A DNA stretch of 64,000 bases from positions 224,001 to 288,000 of the forward strand of contig JAFWDK010000010.1 in the NCBI GenBank assembly GCA_017513085.1, written 5' to 3'. The number at the start of each line of letters is the position of its first letter. Position 1 is the first letter of the stretch. The stretch comes from Clostridiales bacterium (GTDB lineage: Bacteria > Bacillota > Clostridia > Saccharofermentanales > Saccharofermentanaceae). Both the position numbers and the translations under genes were made by a program. Positions 38,940-49,986 of the stretch are shown piece by piece. The notes beneath the pieces are model-generated. The model was given only the letters and a program-made list of their open reading frames with translations. It did not search any database and was not told the origin of the DNA.

Positions 38940-39698
38940 ATGGGTGCCACCATTTCTTTGCGTGCTGTTGTGATCCATAACCGTCCGCACCGTGATCAGG
39001 ATGCGATCGTGACGATGCTTTCGCATAAGCATGGCCTTCTGAAAGTAATGGTCCCCGGCGCCAAGAAGCATTCTTCCAGACTGGCACCTCTTGCCACGCC
39101 GCCACTTCTCGGTGATTTTGTGCTGAGTGAAAGCAAAGGATTCTATTATCTGAAAGAAGGAGAGACCGTCGAGAGTTTCAAGGGACTTTATTCTTCTTTT
39201 GAGGCACTAACGGCCGCTTCCCATATTCTTGAAGTCGTGCAGGATACCGTGGTAGATGTGGAGTCGGCTCAGTCGATCTATCCGCTTCTGTTATATGTTC
39301 TCTATGATCTGTCCACACATACGGAAAAATACCGTCAGATCGTAGCGGCGTTTGAGTGGCGTCTGATGGATGCGCTTGGTTTCGGTTTTGATCTTCACGA
39401 ATGTGATTGTGGAAACCCGAATGAGATGCCGACATACGCATTCTCATTCACAAAATGCCGTCTGTTTTGTTCAAATGTTTCCTGTGTAGCCAAAGCCGGA
39501 GACTATCGGTTCGTCTCATCCGGCTGCGTAGAAGCGCTACGGTACATCCGCGACGCCAAACTGGAACGGTTAAGTGCTTTTCACGCAGCAGATTATGTGC
39601 TCGATGACCTGTGCGAAGTTACACACCGTTATCTTTGCGAACGCCTTGAAAAGAACTACGACAAGCTTTCCATCATTGATTCGTTGCCGCCTGTCTGA
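38940..39698 (+). CDS. recO: DNA repair protein RecO
   Basis: D.IVT.LS...G......GA.K..SR pattern, Cys-rich C-terminal region; follows era. Confidence 0.85.
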   Translation: MGATISLRAVVIHNRPHRDQDAIVTMLSHKHGLLKVMVPGAKKHSSRLAPLATPPLLGDFVLSESKGFYYLKEGETVESFKGLYSSFEALTAASHILEVVQDTVVDVESAQSIYPLLLYVLYDLSTHTEKYRQIVAAFEWRLMDALGFGFDLHECDCGNPNEMPTYAFSFTKCRLFCSNVSCVAKAGDYRFVSSGCVEALRYIRDAKLERLSAFHAADYVLDDLCEVTHRYLCERLEKNYDKLSIIDSLPPV

Positions 39699-39707
39699 TT
39701 ATTCGGT

Positions 39708-42164
39708 CTATAGATCTTCCCAAAGGATCTCGGCCTGATCATGGGTGTATTCTGTAGATCTCCAGTGTTCCGGATAAAGCCCGATGTAATCTTCCCGCGC
39801 ATATCGCTCATCCATTAAGACTATGAAGCCTTTGTCATCTTCGTTACGTATTACTCTACCGGCGGCCTGAAGGACTTTCTCCCAACCCGGAAACTTGTAT
39901 GCGTAAGAGAAGCCGTCATGGAATTTATTCTGGTAGTACTGAGAGAGTATTTCACGCTCTTTCGAGATCTGAGGGAGTCCGACGCCTACGATAAAAGCGC
40001 CTTTCAGGCGGTCTCCGGTAAGATCGATCCCTTCTCCGAAATGACCGCCCAATACGGCCAGACCTAAAAGGGTCTTCTTTCCGTGCGTGTCAAAGCGTGT
40101 CAGATATCGCTTTTTTTCTTCTTCGTCCATTCCCGGCCTTTGCATCATGATCTCCATGTCAGAACGACCGGCAGATTCTTTCATAAGCCGTTCGTATACC
40201 ATTTCCATATAGGCAAAGGAAGGAAAGAATACCATGAAATTTTCCTTGTGCCCTAAAACCATACGCAGGATAGTGCTGCTTATTGTCTCGGCAGTGAAGT
40301 GCCGCTCCTGAAATGTTGTCTTGATATCCTTGATCACCAGTACCTGAAGGTTTTCAGGGGGAAAAGGACTCGGGAGCTGAAGCATCTTGGAAAAGGATGT
40401 ATCTTTTCCGATGATCATGCTCTGGTAATACTGGGAAGGGGACATGGTCGCAGAGAAAAAGACTGCATTATGGGTGTCTTTTAACACATTGCAGATCTTC
40501 TCGGAAGCGTCCAGACAATCCAGACGGATCGTAACATCATATTGCTCGTTGTCGCAGATGCCGGATCTTGTCACCTCAAGAATATACGCATCATCGTAAT
40601 ACAGTTCGAGGATCGTCAGGAAAAAGCGCGCTTCGAAATAAAACTCGGAAAGGATCCGGCGTTTCCCGCGATCTTCCAGTTCGCTTAGAATGTTGATAAT
40701 ATGAAAACAAAGCGCCCATAATATCTGGTAGAGTGTGGACGGGGCGGCTTTGGCCGCACGGAAATCTTCGCCGATAAGTATGTCTTTTTCGGCGATCTTT
40801 CTCTCAACGATATTTATTCCGGCTGATCCTTTTTCAAAAGCATAGTCCAATACATTGAAATAGTCCGAGACTTGTCCCGCATACTTGGCTGTTTTGGGCG
40901 AGATCTCGGTGAGCAGTGGAAGTGCTGCGAGTAAGGTGCTTCTGGAAAAATCCGCGCTGAACATATCTCTGGAACGAGAGATCATGTTGTGTGCCTCATC
41001 GATCAGAAGTGTGTGGCAGAATTCACTGGCGACAAAATAGCGTTGCAAGTGGATCCTCGGATGAAATGCATGGTTGTAGTCGCATATGATCACGTCACAC
41101 ATGTTAGAGGCGTCTAACTGCAATTCGTGCGCACAGATTTTGTGCTTTTGTGCGGTGCGGCGAATATCTTCCGGATATATCGCATCTAAAGAATAGAGTT
41201 CTTCCAACGCGGCATTTAACCGTGAATAGTAGCCTTCCGCGTACTTACAGAACTTGCTGTCGCAGAAGTCTTCTCCGGCTATGCACATGTTTTCTTTCGG
41301 GGAAAGAAGGATCGATTTCACAACCAGCCCCTGTTGTCGCATATCGTTCAAAGCTTTGTCGCAGACTTCACGGGTAGCCTGTTTGGCAGTCAGATAGAAG
41401 ATCTTGCCTTCTTGTGCGTGAGGCAGCCATTTTATAGCTGGATATACGGTACTGATCGTCTTGCCGATGCCTGTCGGTGCTTCGGCAATCAGTGTTTCTT
41501 TGTGCTTAAGCGTGGAGAGCACGGCTTTCATGAAATCACGCTGTCCTGCACGGATCGTAGGATAGGGGAATTTCAGGTCCTCAATCGATGCATTGCGCTG
41601 GTTTTCGTATTCGTAGATCCGATTCGCTTCAGCACAGTATAGCGCGAGGGTTTCATCAAAGAAATCTTTCGCTTCCGCGCGGGTAAAGACGTTTGTCTTT
41701 TCAAGAAACTGGTATGTGATGGCAGATACGTATCGTAAAGTGATCGATAGCTCTTCAATTTCAGGATGAAGGCAATAATACATATGTGCATAGAGTTTAA
41801 CTTGGGCTTCATGAGTGGGAAGAACAAGCTGGTCCACATTTTCTACCACGCGATTATGTGTCTTGATCTCGAATATCACAACTTTAACACTATCGTTCGA
41901 AGCATCTTTCTGTTCTAAAACACAATCTGCTCTTCCGGCGATCTGAAGACGGAATAATTCAAACTCGATTTCCTTGGAAAGAGAATACTCAGATATCACA
42001 TTGTCTGTTTCGTATTGCTTTTTCAGATCCTGGAAAACCCGCTGATGCACACGTGTCCCTTCCTGTCCTGACACACTGCCAAAACCGGCCCCGTATAGTG
42101 AACCGGTCCGGTACAAGCGCTCGCTTAAAGCGCGGACAGAAATTTTGTGCAGTGCTTTTTCCAT
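39708..42164 (-). CDS. XPD/DinG-family Fe-S DNA helicase with N-terminal PD-(D/E)XK-like domain
   Basis: APTGIGKT, Fe-S cysteines, IDEAHN, SATM, FFPSF, EGID and QAAGRVIR; N-terminal G...H, GRAD, EIKT and Q...YA. Confidence 0.9.
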   Translation of the reverse strand: MEKALHKISVRALSERLYRTGSLYGAGFGSVSGQEGTRVHQRVFQDLKKQYETDNVISEYSLSKEIEFELFRLQIAGRADCVLEQKDASNDSVKVVIFEIKTHNRVVENVDQLVLPTHEAQVKLYAHMYYCLHPEIEELSITLRYVSAITYQFLEKTNVFTRAEAKDFFDETLALYCAEANRIYEYENQRNASIEDLKFPYPTIRAGQRDFMKAVLSTLKHKETLIAEAPTGIGKTISTVYPAIKWLPHAQEGKIFYLTAKQATREVCDKALNDMRQQGLVVKSILLSPKENMCIAGEDFCDSKFCKYAEGYYSRLNAALEELYSLDAIYPEDIRRTAQKHKICAHELQLDASNMCDVIICDYNHAFHPRIHLQRYFVASEFCHTLLIDEAHNMISRSRDMFSADFSRSTLLAALPLLTEISPKTAKYAGQVSDYFNVLDYAFEKGSAGINIVERKIAEKDILIGEDFRAAKAAPSTLYQILWALCFHIINILSELEDRGKRRILSEFYFEARFFLTILELYYDDAYILEVTRSGICDNEQYDVTIRLDCLDASEKICNVLKDTHNAVFFSATMSPSQYYQSMIIGKDTSFSKMLQLPSPFPPENLQVLVIKDIKTTFQERHFTAETISSTILRMVLGHKENFMVFFPSFAYMEMVYERLMKESAGRSDMEIMMQRPGMDEEEKKRYLTRFDTHGKKTLLGLAVLGGHFGEGIDLTGDRLKGAFIVGVGLPQISKEREILSQYYQNKFHDGFSYAYKFPGWEKVLQAAGRVIRNEDDKGFIVLMDERYAREDYIGLYPEHWRSTEYTHDQAEILWEDL

Positions 42165-42352
42165 ATATTCATTATAATATAACGTCAGGCTATGCAATAG
42201 TTGGAGTAAAATTTGTCGTTTTGTGACGAGATTGAGAAAAATGCAATTTTGTCAGACAAAAGTTTCATTTTTCGATTGTGCATTGCCTGAATGAGTGTTA
42301 TACTTCGACTAGTTAGTAACAAGTCTGAATATCACAAAGGAGAAAATTGCAT

Positions 42353-43339
42353 ATGGCGATTCGTATTGGTATTTATGGTTATGGTAATTTAGGTAGAGGT
42401 GTAGAGTCCAGTATCATGCAGAATCCGGATATGGAACTGGTCGCGGTATTTACCCGTCGTGATCCGGCATCACTTCAGATCCAGACAAAAACAGCTAAGG
42501 TTTTGTCTGTAAACGATTGTGAATCAATGAAAGATCAGATCGATGTTATGATCCTCTGCGGCGGCAGCGCAACTGATCTTCCGGTTCAGAGCCCGAAACT
42601 TGCTTCTATGTTTAATATCGTGGATAGTTTTGACACTCACGCAAATATTCCTACTCATTTTGATGAAGTAGATGCAGCAGCTAAGGCAGCAGGTACTGTC
42701 GGCGCGATTTCCGTAGGTTGGGATCCGGGTATGTTTTCTCTTGCTCGTATCTATTCTTCCTGCATCCTTCCGGAAGGTGAAAGCTATACATTCTGGGGTA
42801 AGGGCGTCAGCCAAGGCCATTCTGATGCAATCCGCCGCGTTCCGGGTGTAAAGAACGGTAAGCAGTACACGATTCCGGTTGAAAGTGCTCTGGCAGCCGT
42901 TCGTTCCGGTGCCCAGCCGAAGCTTTCCACCAGAGAAAAGCACACACGTGAGTGCTTCGTTGTTGCAGAGGAAGGCGCAGATCTTGCAAAGATCGAGTCG
43001 GATATCAAGAATATGCCGAATTACTTTGCTGATTACGACACGACAGTTCATTTTATCAGCGAAGAAGAACTTGAGAAGAATCACAGCGGCATTCCTCATG
43101 GCGGTTTCTGCATCCGTTCCGGTGTTTCCGGTCTCAATAAGGAAAATAAGCATGTTATCGAGTATAGCCTGAAGTTGGATTCCAACCCGGAGTTTACTGC
43201 AGGTGTACTGGTCGCATATGCTCGTGCCGTATATCGTCTTTCCCAAGAGAAAGTTACCGGCTGTAAGACAGTACTTGATATTGCTCCGGCTTATCTCAGT
43301 CCTTTGTCCGGCGAAGAACTTAGAAAGACTTTGGTATAA
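42353..43339 (+). CDS. ddh: meso-Diaminopimelate dehydrogenase
   Basis: GYGNLG, CGGSATD, VDSFDTH, GWDPG, FWGKGVSQGHSDA, HGG and NPEFTA. Confidence 0.96.
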   Translation: MAIRIGIYGYGNLGRGVESSIMQNPDMELVAVFTRRDPASLQIQTKTAKVLSVNDCESMKDQIDVMILCGGSATDLPVQSPKLASMFNIVDSFDTHANIPTHFDEVDAAAKAAGTVGAISVGWDPGMFSLARIYSSCILPEGESYTFWGKGVSQGHSDAIRRVPGVKNGKQYTIPVESALAAVRSGAQPKLSTREKHTRECFVVAEEGADLAKIESDIKNMPNYFADYDTTVHFISEEELEKNHSGIPHGGFCIRSGVSGLNKENKHVIEYSLKLDSNPEFTAGVLVAYARAVYRLSQEKVTGCKTVLDIAPAYLSPLSGEELRKTLV

Positions 43340-43431
43340 GGTATTTCATTATTCAAAAGCAAAGAAGAATGCTTTCGTTGTGTTTCCGGTCAATTGGAAA
43401 TACTCCGAAAGCATTTTTGCTGTCTTGGGGT

Positions 43432-43462
43432 AAAAAAGAACCGGAAACTGTAAGTTTCCGGT
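43432..43462 (-). terminator. Terminator downstream of tRNA-Leu
   Basis: accggaaact-gta-agtttccggt with an A-tract on the plus strand. Confidence 0.7.
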
Positions 43463-43463
43463 C

Positions 43464-43550
43464 TGGTGCGGATAGCAGGACTTGAACCTGTATGACCTTG
43501 CGATCACTAGCACCTGAAGCTAGCGCGTCTGCCAATTCCGCCATATCCGC
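43464..43550 (-). tRNA. tRNA-Leu(CAG)
   Basis: Reverse complement GCGGATATGGCGGAATTGGCAGACGCGCTAGCTTCAGGTGCTAG...GGTTCAAGTCC...CCA with a long variable arm. Confidence 0.96.
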
Positions 43551-43670
43551 AAGTGCTTAATAATATTACCAATAGATTCGGAAAAATGCAAGGCAATTTC
43601 TCAAACAAAATCCTGATTTTTTAAAACTTGTGATAAAATATTAACATAAAGACAATGGAGGTGCTTTTTT

Positions 43671-43892
43671 ATGGATATTAAAGCGAAGATTGAAGAAGTA
43701 GTTAAGAAAGTACAGGCTGATCCTTCTGTAGCTTCCAACTTTGAGAAGGAACCGGTTAAGACAGTAGAAGGCATCATCGGTGTCGACCTTCCGGATGATG
43801 TGATCAATGGTGTTGTTGACGGCGTTAAAGCGAAGTTGTCTGCAGATAGCGCGAGTGGAATCGTTGACAAGGTTAAGGGTCTGTTTTCCTGA
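43671..43892 (+). CDS. Small conserved hypothetical protein
   Basis: GGAGGTG RBS; DIK.KIEE...F.KEPVK.VE...GVDLPDD pattern seen in small clostridial proteins. Confidence 0.75.
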   Translation: MDIKAKIEEVVKKVQADPSVASNFEKEPVKTVEGIIGVDLPDDVINGVVDGVKAKLSADSASGIVDKVKGLFS

Positions 43893-44040
43893 TCTTTGTA
43901 CTTTTTAAAATATAACGCTTTATCTAAATGCCTCTTAGATATTTGTCTGAGAGGCATTTTCAGAAGAAGAAAGGCCGTTCTATATGAACGGCCTTTCAAT
44001 CTATAAAATGAGGAGTGAAAAAAATATTGTTCAGCGGTGT

Positions 44041-47013
44041 TTAGCCGTGAATAAACTTAAAGGATTTCAGCATGACGTCTCCGCCGCCTGTATATGTAAG
44101 GTACAAAGGTTTAACGCCATCTTCGATCTTGCAATCAGCTGTATACTTTTCCCATACTGTCATGAAATGTACCGGGATCTTTGCCAGAACCGGGCCATCC
44201 AAGCTTGTTCGAACTTCAAATGTGCCATCTCCGTAGCCACGTACTTTGATCTCGATTCCGGTTACATTCTTAAAGTCAAAATACTTAAAGCCGATGACTG
44301 TGTTTTCTCGGATCTGAGCGATATAAGCCGGATCTTTGTCGCCATCTTTGCCTTCCTGAACGATCCTGGCAACATTGTGCTGACCGACATATGGATTTTT
44401 CTCCGCTGTCGGATTGAAGATGTTGCAAGCAATGTAGGAAGGGTATTCTTCCGTGTCGCGGAGCGGACCATTGTTCAATCCGCAAGAAGTCATCTCAACC
44501 TGACGGATACTTCCATCTGCTTCAAAAGCAATCTTCTCCGCACAGCCTTGACGGGAATACCAGGTGTTGTTGGTATGACGGTGATAGAAGATATACCAAT
44601 CCGGACCGATCTGAACTATGCTTCCGTGGTTGTTCGCACCATAGGCGGACGGTCTGTCGGCTTCTTTGTAAGAAGAGATTCCCAGATCGCAGTTGCTAAT
44701 GATCACACCACCATAGGTGAATGGACCTTCCGGATCAGTAGCAGTTGCATAGCAAAGCTCATGCATGACCTGTGAAGAATAAACGAAGTAGTAAATACCG
44801 TTTCTTTCACGGATGGAAGGTGCTTCGAAGAATGCGTGGCCTTCATAATCCGTGCCTTTCGCATACATGGTGCCGGGAACGATAAAAGCGGGTGCTTTTT
44901 TGATCGTGAGCATATCCGGACCAAGTATGGTTACCATGGCTCCGTGTCTGGAAGCATCAGTCTGTCCACAGAATCCGGTATAAAGATATGTGGAATCACC
45001 AATCGTGATAACACCCGGATCGAACTGAGGCTCGTCTGTGTCTTTTTTGCCGAGCAATGTGCCGTCTTCGTAATGAACATGGCCATAGAATTTGAATGGT
45101 CCCTGTGGTTTGTCGCTTTGAGCAACCGCGACAACACTTTGGTTGTCGAGAACATAGAACAGATAGTATTTTCCATCCGGTCCGACGGTTACATCCGGTG
45201 CATAAAGACAGCCTTGGTCGTTCTGGTTGTCCGGGTCGTCTGAGCGGCGGTATGAAACACCTTCATACTTCCACGAACCGAGGTCATCGATCGGTGCCGA
45301 CCAGCTGACATAGTCTCCCGGACAGAAAGCGTAACCATTCCAAAAATCGTGCGAACCGTAAACATATACGCGGTTGCCAAACACATACGGTTCACCATCC
45401 GGAATGTATTCCCAGGAAGGCAGATAAGGATTGAAAGCCTGTTTTTTGAGCGGAACCTGCATACTTGCGATACTGGCATCCGGACGGGCAGAAGAAGATA
45501 CTGTTCCTAAAGCACGATCTGTGAGCCAGTCGATAAAGAACTGAATAAACGCTGAATCCTGTACCTTCGCGATAGGTCCATCCGGAGTGAAATGCATTTC
45601 ATTCTGAGCATTATTCTTGTAAGCGAGCCATTTCGGCATTTCGGAACCGTCAATATCCAGACCGTTCGGATTACCATTCTTAATAAAGTTGGTGATGTAG
45701 TTTGTCATTTTGCGGGCGATGTCGAAATGTCTGCCTACAAAAGGTCTCCAGCATGCAGCCAATGTTTCAAAGAAGAACCAAAGATCTACGGAGTGGAATG
45801 TACCCGGATCATCTTCACCTGGAATATCTACTTCAAAACTATAGTAGAATCCCGGTGCGGCCGTTTTATCCAAGGCAGCTTTGACAGAACACTCTATGCC
45901 GCGGACGTTAGCATACTTGTTTCCGTCTTCAACATTATATGATTCAGGGAAGGAGAGGAATTGTTCCGCACGGTCCCCGAAGGTGGCACGAGCTTGTTCT
46001 TCAAAAGCGGCTTTAGAATCTGCGCAAATAAAACTCTTGAATTCATCATAAGTGTTACCGGCAAGGATCGGTACATTGGCTTGCTTACCTTCGAGCATAA
46101 GCTGGAAAGGTTCGCCTTTTAAGTACACATGATCGATACAAGGTGTGAAAAAGAACATATTCTGATTACGGAAATCAGATGCTTTATGAAGCAGTGTCTT
46201 CGCATCGATCTTTCTTGCTTCTTCAATCGTACTGACACCAAGTGTTTCGAGGAATTTCTCACCCATTTTGCACGTTTCTTCGATTGGCTTGGGTGTGATC
46301 ACGCTATCTTTGATGTAAGGACTTTCAATAATTCCGGAATAAATGATAGCCTTTTGATAAAGACCAATGCTAGAAGGACTCGTAAGATGTGTAAGAACAC
46401 TTCCGCCACCGGCAGACTGACCTGCAATCGTAATGTTCTTCGGGTCGCCGCCGAAATTCTTGATATTCTTGATGACCCACTTAATACCGGCTTGTTGATC
46501 AAGGTTTCCGAAATTGGCCGGCGCATCCGGTGATTCTTTGCAAAGATCCGGATGAGTCAAGAAGCCAAAAGCACCCAGACGGTAGTTTACGCTGACGACG
46601 ATTACGCCGCGCTTGGCAATATTCTCTCCGTTGAATTCCATTTCGCGCGGATATCCCCATTGAAATCCGCCGCCGAAAAACCAGATCAAAACCGGAAGGT
46701 TATCATCTACGGAATTGGCACTGGTCCAAACGTTCAAATATAAGCAGTCTTCGTCCATTTCGATATCTTTGTCTACATGCCATTCCCGACAGTAGATATC
46801 TGTTCCGACACCAGGCTGGTCTTGCATGGAAATCGGTGCAAAATGACTGCATTCGCGAATGCCTTCCCAGTTCTCGCAAGGCTGAGGTGCACGCCATCTG
46901 TTTTCGCCGATCGGTGGCTGGGCAAAAGGAATGCCCTTGAAAACGGAGATTCTGGTGTTATTCCCCTGATAACCACGAACCAGACCGTTTTCTGTCTTTA
47001 CTAATTTAAGCAT
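44041..47013 (-). CDS. Type-B carboxylesterase-GH43-CBM6-like fusion
   Basis: GIPFA.PP, EDCLYLNVW, GGGF, GQSAG and FHSVDL; then YIPDGEPYVF, APDV, FDPG, FEAP and C-terminal GFKYFDF. Confidence 0.88.
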   Translation of the reverse strand: MLKLVKTENGLVRGYQGNNTRISVFKGIPFAQPPIGENRWRAPQPCENWEGIRECSHFAPISMQDQPGVGTDIYCREWHVDKDIEMDEDCLYLNVWTSANSVDDNLPVLIWFFGGGFQWGYPREMEFNGENIAKRGVIVVSVNYRLGAFGFLTHPDLCKESPDAPANFGNLDQQAGIKWVIKNIKNFGGDPKNITIAGQSAGGGSVLTHLTSPSSIGLYQKAIIYSGIIESPYIKDSVITPKPIEETCKMGEKFLETLGVSTIEEARKIDAKTLLHKASDFRNQNMFFFTPCIDHVYLKGEPFQLMLEGKQANVPILAGNTYDEFKSFICADSKAAFEEQARATFGDRAEQFLSFPESYNVEDGNKYANVRGIECSVKAALDKTAAPGFYYSFEVDIPGEDDPGTFHSVDLWFFFETLAACWRPFVGRHFDIARKMTNYITNFIKNGNPNGLDIDGSEMPKWLAYKNNAQNEMHFTPDGPIAKVQDSAFIQFFIDWLTDRALGTVSSSARPDASIASMQVPLKKQAFNPYLPSWEYIPDGEPYVFGNRVYVYGSHDFWNGYAFCPGDYVSWSAPIDDLGSWKYEGVSYRRSDDPDNQNDQGCLYAPDVTVGPDGKYYLFYVLDNQSVVAVAQSDKPQGPFKFYGHVHYEDGTLLGKKDTDEPQFDPGVITIGDSTYLYTGFCGQTDASRHGAMVTILGPDMLTIKKAPAFIVPGTMYAKGTDYEGHAFFEAPSIRERNGIYYFVYSSQVMHELCYATATDPEGPFTYGGVIISNCDLGISSYKEADRPSAYGANNHGSIVQIGPDWYIFYHRHTNNTWYSRQGCAEKIAFEADGSIRQVEMTSCGLNNGPLRDTEEYPSYIACNIFNPTAEKNPYVGQHNVARIVQEGKDGDKDPAYIAQIRENTVIGFKYFDFKNVTGIEIKVRGYGDGTFEVRTSLDGPVLAKIPVHFMTVWEKYTADCKIEDGVKPLYLTYTGGGDVMLKSFKFIHG

Positions 47014-47953
47014 TGTTTTCCTCCTTGATCTCCTTGTTGAAATAATATAGTTTCATTTTTATATTTTGACTGTAATCGCCGAATTCATCTCCGAAAAGCG
47101 TCATGCCGCCACAATTGGCTGTATCTTTCGGTACGGCAAACTTCAGGTTGATCTCACTGTTATAGTCAATGGCAAGATCATTGATCGTTACATCACCGAT
47201 CTTATGTGTTCCATCGATAAAAGTGCCTTTTTCATTGATCAGCAAAGTCTTCAGAAGGCCATACTGATTAAGTGGTGCCGGCCACCAGTTTGGCGAGATC
47301 AGGCCACGACGGTCTCCATAGTCACCGGGACTTACCCAGACTCCTAAGAGTTTGTCGTTTATGTAGAAATGGATATCACTAGGATAGTCATTATTAAACG
47401 ATGGACATTCGGAAGAGATCTCAAAAGAAATCTGTAATTCACGTATCGTTTGTCCGGCGCGAAGACGATTCGGCAGATTGTACTCGATCGAACCGTGACC
47501 AAGCCAGAGGACGCTGGCCTTAAACCGTTCCGGATAAGAAAAGACTCTTGGATCGTCAAGCTCTCCGATGATCTCCTGACTGGTAGCGATTCCACATGTC
47601 GGATGAATATCGGCTTTGGTATATTGACCGATAGCAATGCTGTCTTCGTAGTAGGGAAGAGCACGGTTATTCTGTGGTATAAACATATCAATAATGATCC
47701 TGTCATAGAGAGGAAGGATAATCTTCTGGATGCCACGTTTGCCGGAAGTCGTGGAGATCCGTATCAGTCCTGCCTTTTCCAGTTTGCTGATATGAAGCGT
47801 TACCGCGCTGTTGGTAATACCAAGAAGATTGGCCAGATCATTCATACTCAGATTCTGATTATGGTAAATAAGGTCCATGATCTGAATACGAGTATTAGTA
47901 CTTAAAGCTTTGAAGATTTCAGAAGCATCTTGTAGAGAATGCAAGCAAAGCAT
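47006..47953 (-). CDS. ArsR-family HTH transcriptional regulator with large C-terminal domain
   Basis: FKALS..TRIQI, LA..LG.TN.AVT.HI.KLE.AGLI; PTCG.A, W.SPGD.G.RRG and QYGLLK. Confidence 0.85.
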   Translation of the reverse strand: MLCLHSLQDASEIFKALSTNTRIQIMDLIYHNQNLSMNDLANLLGITNSAVTLHISKLEKAGLIRISTTSGKRGIQKIILPLYDRIIIDMFIPQNNRALPYYEDSIAIGQYTKADIHPTCGIATSQEIIGELDDPRVFSYPERFKASVLWLGHGSIEYNLPNRLRAGQTIRELQISFEISSECPSFNNDYPSDIHFYINDKLLGVWVSPGDYGDRRGLISPNWWPAPLNQYGLLKTLLINEKGTFIDGTHKIGDVTINDLAIDYNSEINLKFAVPKDTANCGGMTLFGDEFGDYSQNIKMKLYYFNKEIKEENNA

Positions 47954-48215
47954 GCGTTATCCTCCCTTTATCAAATTGTTAATTCAATTATGAAATACTA
48001 TATTTTTATCAGTTTATTTCATCATAAAATAAAATAAAACTCTGTTCAACATGACAAATTCAAGAAATGTTCCTTGAAAACTACATATTTGAGTTTTGGA
48101 CTATTGATATTTTTTTACATGTGGTTTAATTTAATTTAAAGCGAAGAATTAATCACTTTAGTGAAAGGTGAAACACACACCCTTTTTATTTCACTAAAAT
48201 GTGAAAGGAGTCTGT

Positions 48216-49730
48216 ATGTTTAAACTTGTTATCGATCCGCAGAAAGAACTCGGCTATATTCATCCTGAAGTTCAAGGTCATTTTTCCGAGCATCTTGGAA
48301 GATGTATTTATGAAGGTGTTTATGTTGGTGAAAACTCGGATATTCCCAATATTAATGGCATGAGAAAGGATGTTGTAGAGGCGCTTTCTGAACTTCATAT
48401 CCCTGTCCTTCGCTGGCCGGGCGGATGTTTTGCCGATGAGTATCACTGGAAAGATGGTATCGGCGAAAAGTCCAAAAGAAAGAAGATGATCAATACCAAC
48501 TGGGGTGGTGTGGTCGAAGATAACAGTTTCGGTACGCATGAATATATGGAGCTTTGCCGTCAGCTTGGTTGTAAAACATATATCAACGGTAATGTTGGTT
48601 CCGGTACGGTTCAGGAAATGAGCGAGTGGGTCGAGTATATGACGTTTGACGGCGTATCTCCTATGGCTGAATTGCGTAAACAGAATGGCCATGAAGCTCC
48701 CTGGACGGTCGATTATTTCGGAGTCGGTAATGAGAATTGGGGCTGCGGCGGAAATATGCTTCCGGAATACTATGCCGACCAGTTTAGAAGATATCAGTCT
48801 TACGTCAAGAATTATGATCCGAATAAGAAGATCAGCAAAATTGCATGTGGTCCGAATGCACAGGATTATGAGTGGACGGAGACCGTTTTGAGGCAGTGTC
48901 ATAAACTTTCCGGATCCTGGAACAATGCTCACGGATTTATGGATGGTATTTCTTTACATTATTATACATTGCCGTATGACTGGTCCAAGAAAGGCGCGGC
49001 TACCGGTTTTAACGAAAAAGAATGGTATATGACTCTTTCAAAAACTCTGTTTATGGAAGAACTTGTTCGTAAGCATTCTGCAATTATCGAGTCGTTTGAT
49101 CCGGACGGAAATATTGCTTTGATCGTTGATGAATGGGGAACCTGGTACGACGTTGAAGAAGGAACAAATCCTGGTTTCCTTTACCAGCAGAATACTATGC
49201 GTGATGCTCTGGTTGCCGGTATCAACCTGAATATTTTCAATAAGCATTGTAATCGTGTCAAGATGGCAAATATCGCTCAACTCGTTAATGTACTTCAGGC
49301 TGTCATTTTGACAGAAGGTGACCGTATGATCAAGACACCGACTTATCATGTTTTCAATATGTATAAGCATCATCAAGGCGGAACTCTTGTTGCGAGCCAT
49401 ATTAATGCGGATACCATAGGACTTGAAAAAGAATACATGGTTCCGAATCTTCATGAATCCTGTTCGAAAGATAAAAACGGCAAATATCACATTACTCTTG
49501 CGAATCTTTCCTGTTCGGATCCTTATGATATTGAAACTACTCTTACCGGCAACCCCGTTAAATCTGTCAAAGCACAGATCGTAGAGGGCAAAATGGATGC
49601 GAAAAATACGTTTGATGAGCCGGATACGGTTTCGGTAAAAGACTTTGATTCGGTATCATCCGAAAACGATAAGATCCGTTTTACGATCCCTGCCTGCAGT
49701 GTGATGCTTCTTGAGGTCGAATTGGCATGA
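48216..49730 (+). CDS. abfA: GH51 alpha-L-arabinofuranosidase
   Basis: [40 protein letters not shown] and [10 protein letters not shown]. Confidence 0.95.
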   Translation: MFKLVIDPQKELGYIHPEVQGHFSEHLGRCIYEGVYVGENSDIPNINGMRKDVVEALSELHIPVLRWPGGCFADEYHWKDGIGEKSKRKKMINTNWGGVVEDNSFGTHEYMELCRQLGCKTYINGNVGSGTVQEMSEWVEYMTFDGVSPMAELRKQNGHEAPWTVDYFGVGNENWGCGGNMLPEYYADQFRRYQSYVKNYDPNKKISKIACGPNAQDYEWTETVLRQCHKLSGSWNNAHGFMDGISLHYYTLPYDWSKKGAATGFNEKEWYMTLSKTLFMEELVRKHSAIIESFDPDGNIALIVDEWGTWYDVEEGTNPGFLYQQNTMRDALVAGINLNIFNKHCNRVKMANIAQLVNVLQAVILTEGDRMIKTPTYHVFNMYKHHQGGTLVASHINADTIGLEKEYMVPNLHESCSKDKNGKYHITLANLSCSDPYDIETTLTGNPVKSVKAQIVEGKMDAKNTFDEPDTVSVKDFDSVSSENDKIRFTIPACSVMLLEVELA

Positions 49731-49978
49731 GCGAGCAAAGGGTCTGCAAAAGATGTCTGCTAAGTCAGATGGATAAAGGACGTTATGATCAAATCGTTCT
49801 TCGCGCTTTGACGGCCATTTCAGATGCGGATCGGACTTGCGAAAAAAACTATGAAGAGCGGTTACATATATGCCGCTCTTGTGATAACTTAATTAGTGGA
49901 ACCTGTCTTTCTTGTGGATGCTATGTAGAGATCAGGGCGGCAATGAAAAAGGGCAGATGCCCGAAGAAAAAGTGGTGA
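49727..49978 (+). CDS. Small Cys-rich protein (DUF6171-like)
   Basis: CKRC...YEERL.IC..C....GTC..CGCYV..RA.....CP..KW; overlaps the abfA stop codon. Confidence 0.75.
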   Translation: MSEQRVCKRCLLSQMDKGRYDQIVLRALTAISDADRTCEKNYEERLHICRSCDNLISGTCLSCGCYVEIRAAMKKGRCPKKKW

Positions 49979-49986
49979 GGTGCAAT

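Noticed and set aside
41700-42164. Cas4-like domain suggesting CRISPR-Cas
   Set aside because: It is the usual N-terminal domain of this Firmicute helicase family; I saw no arrays or other cas genes.
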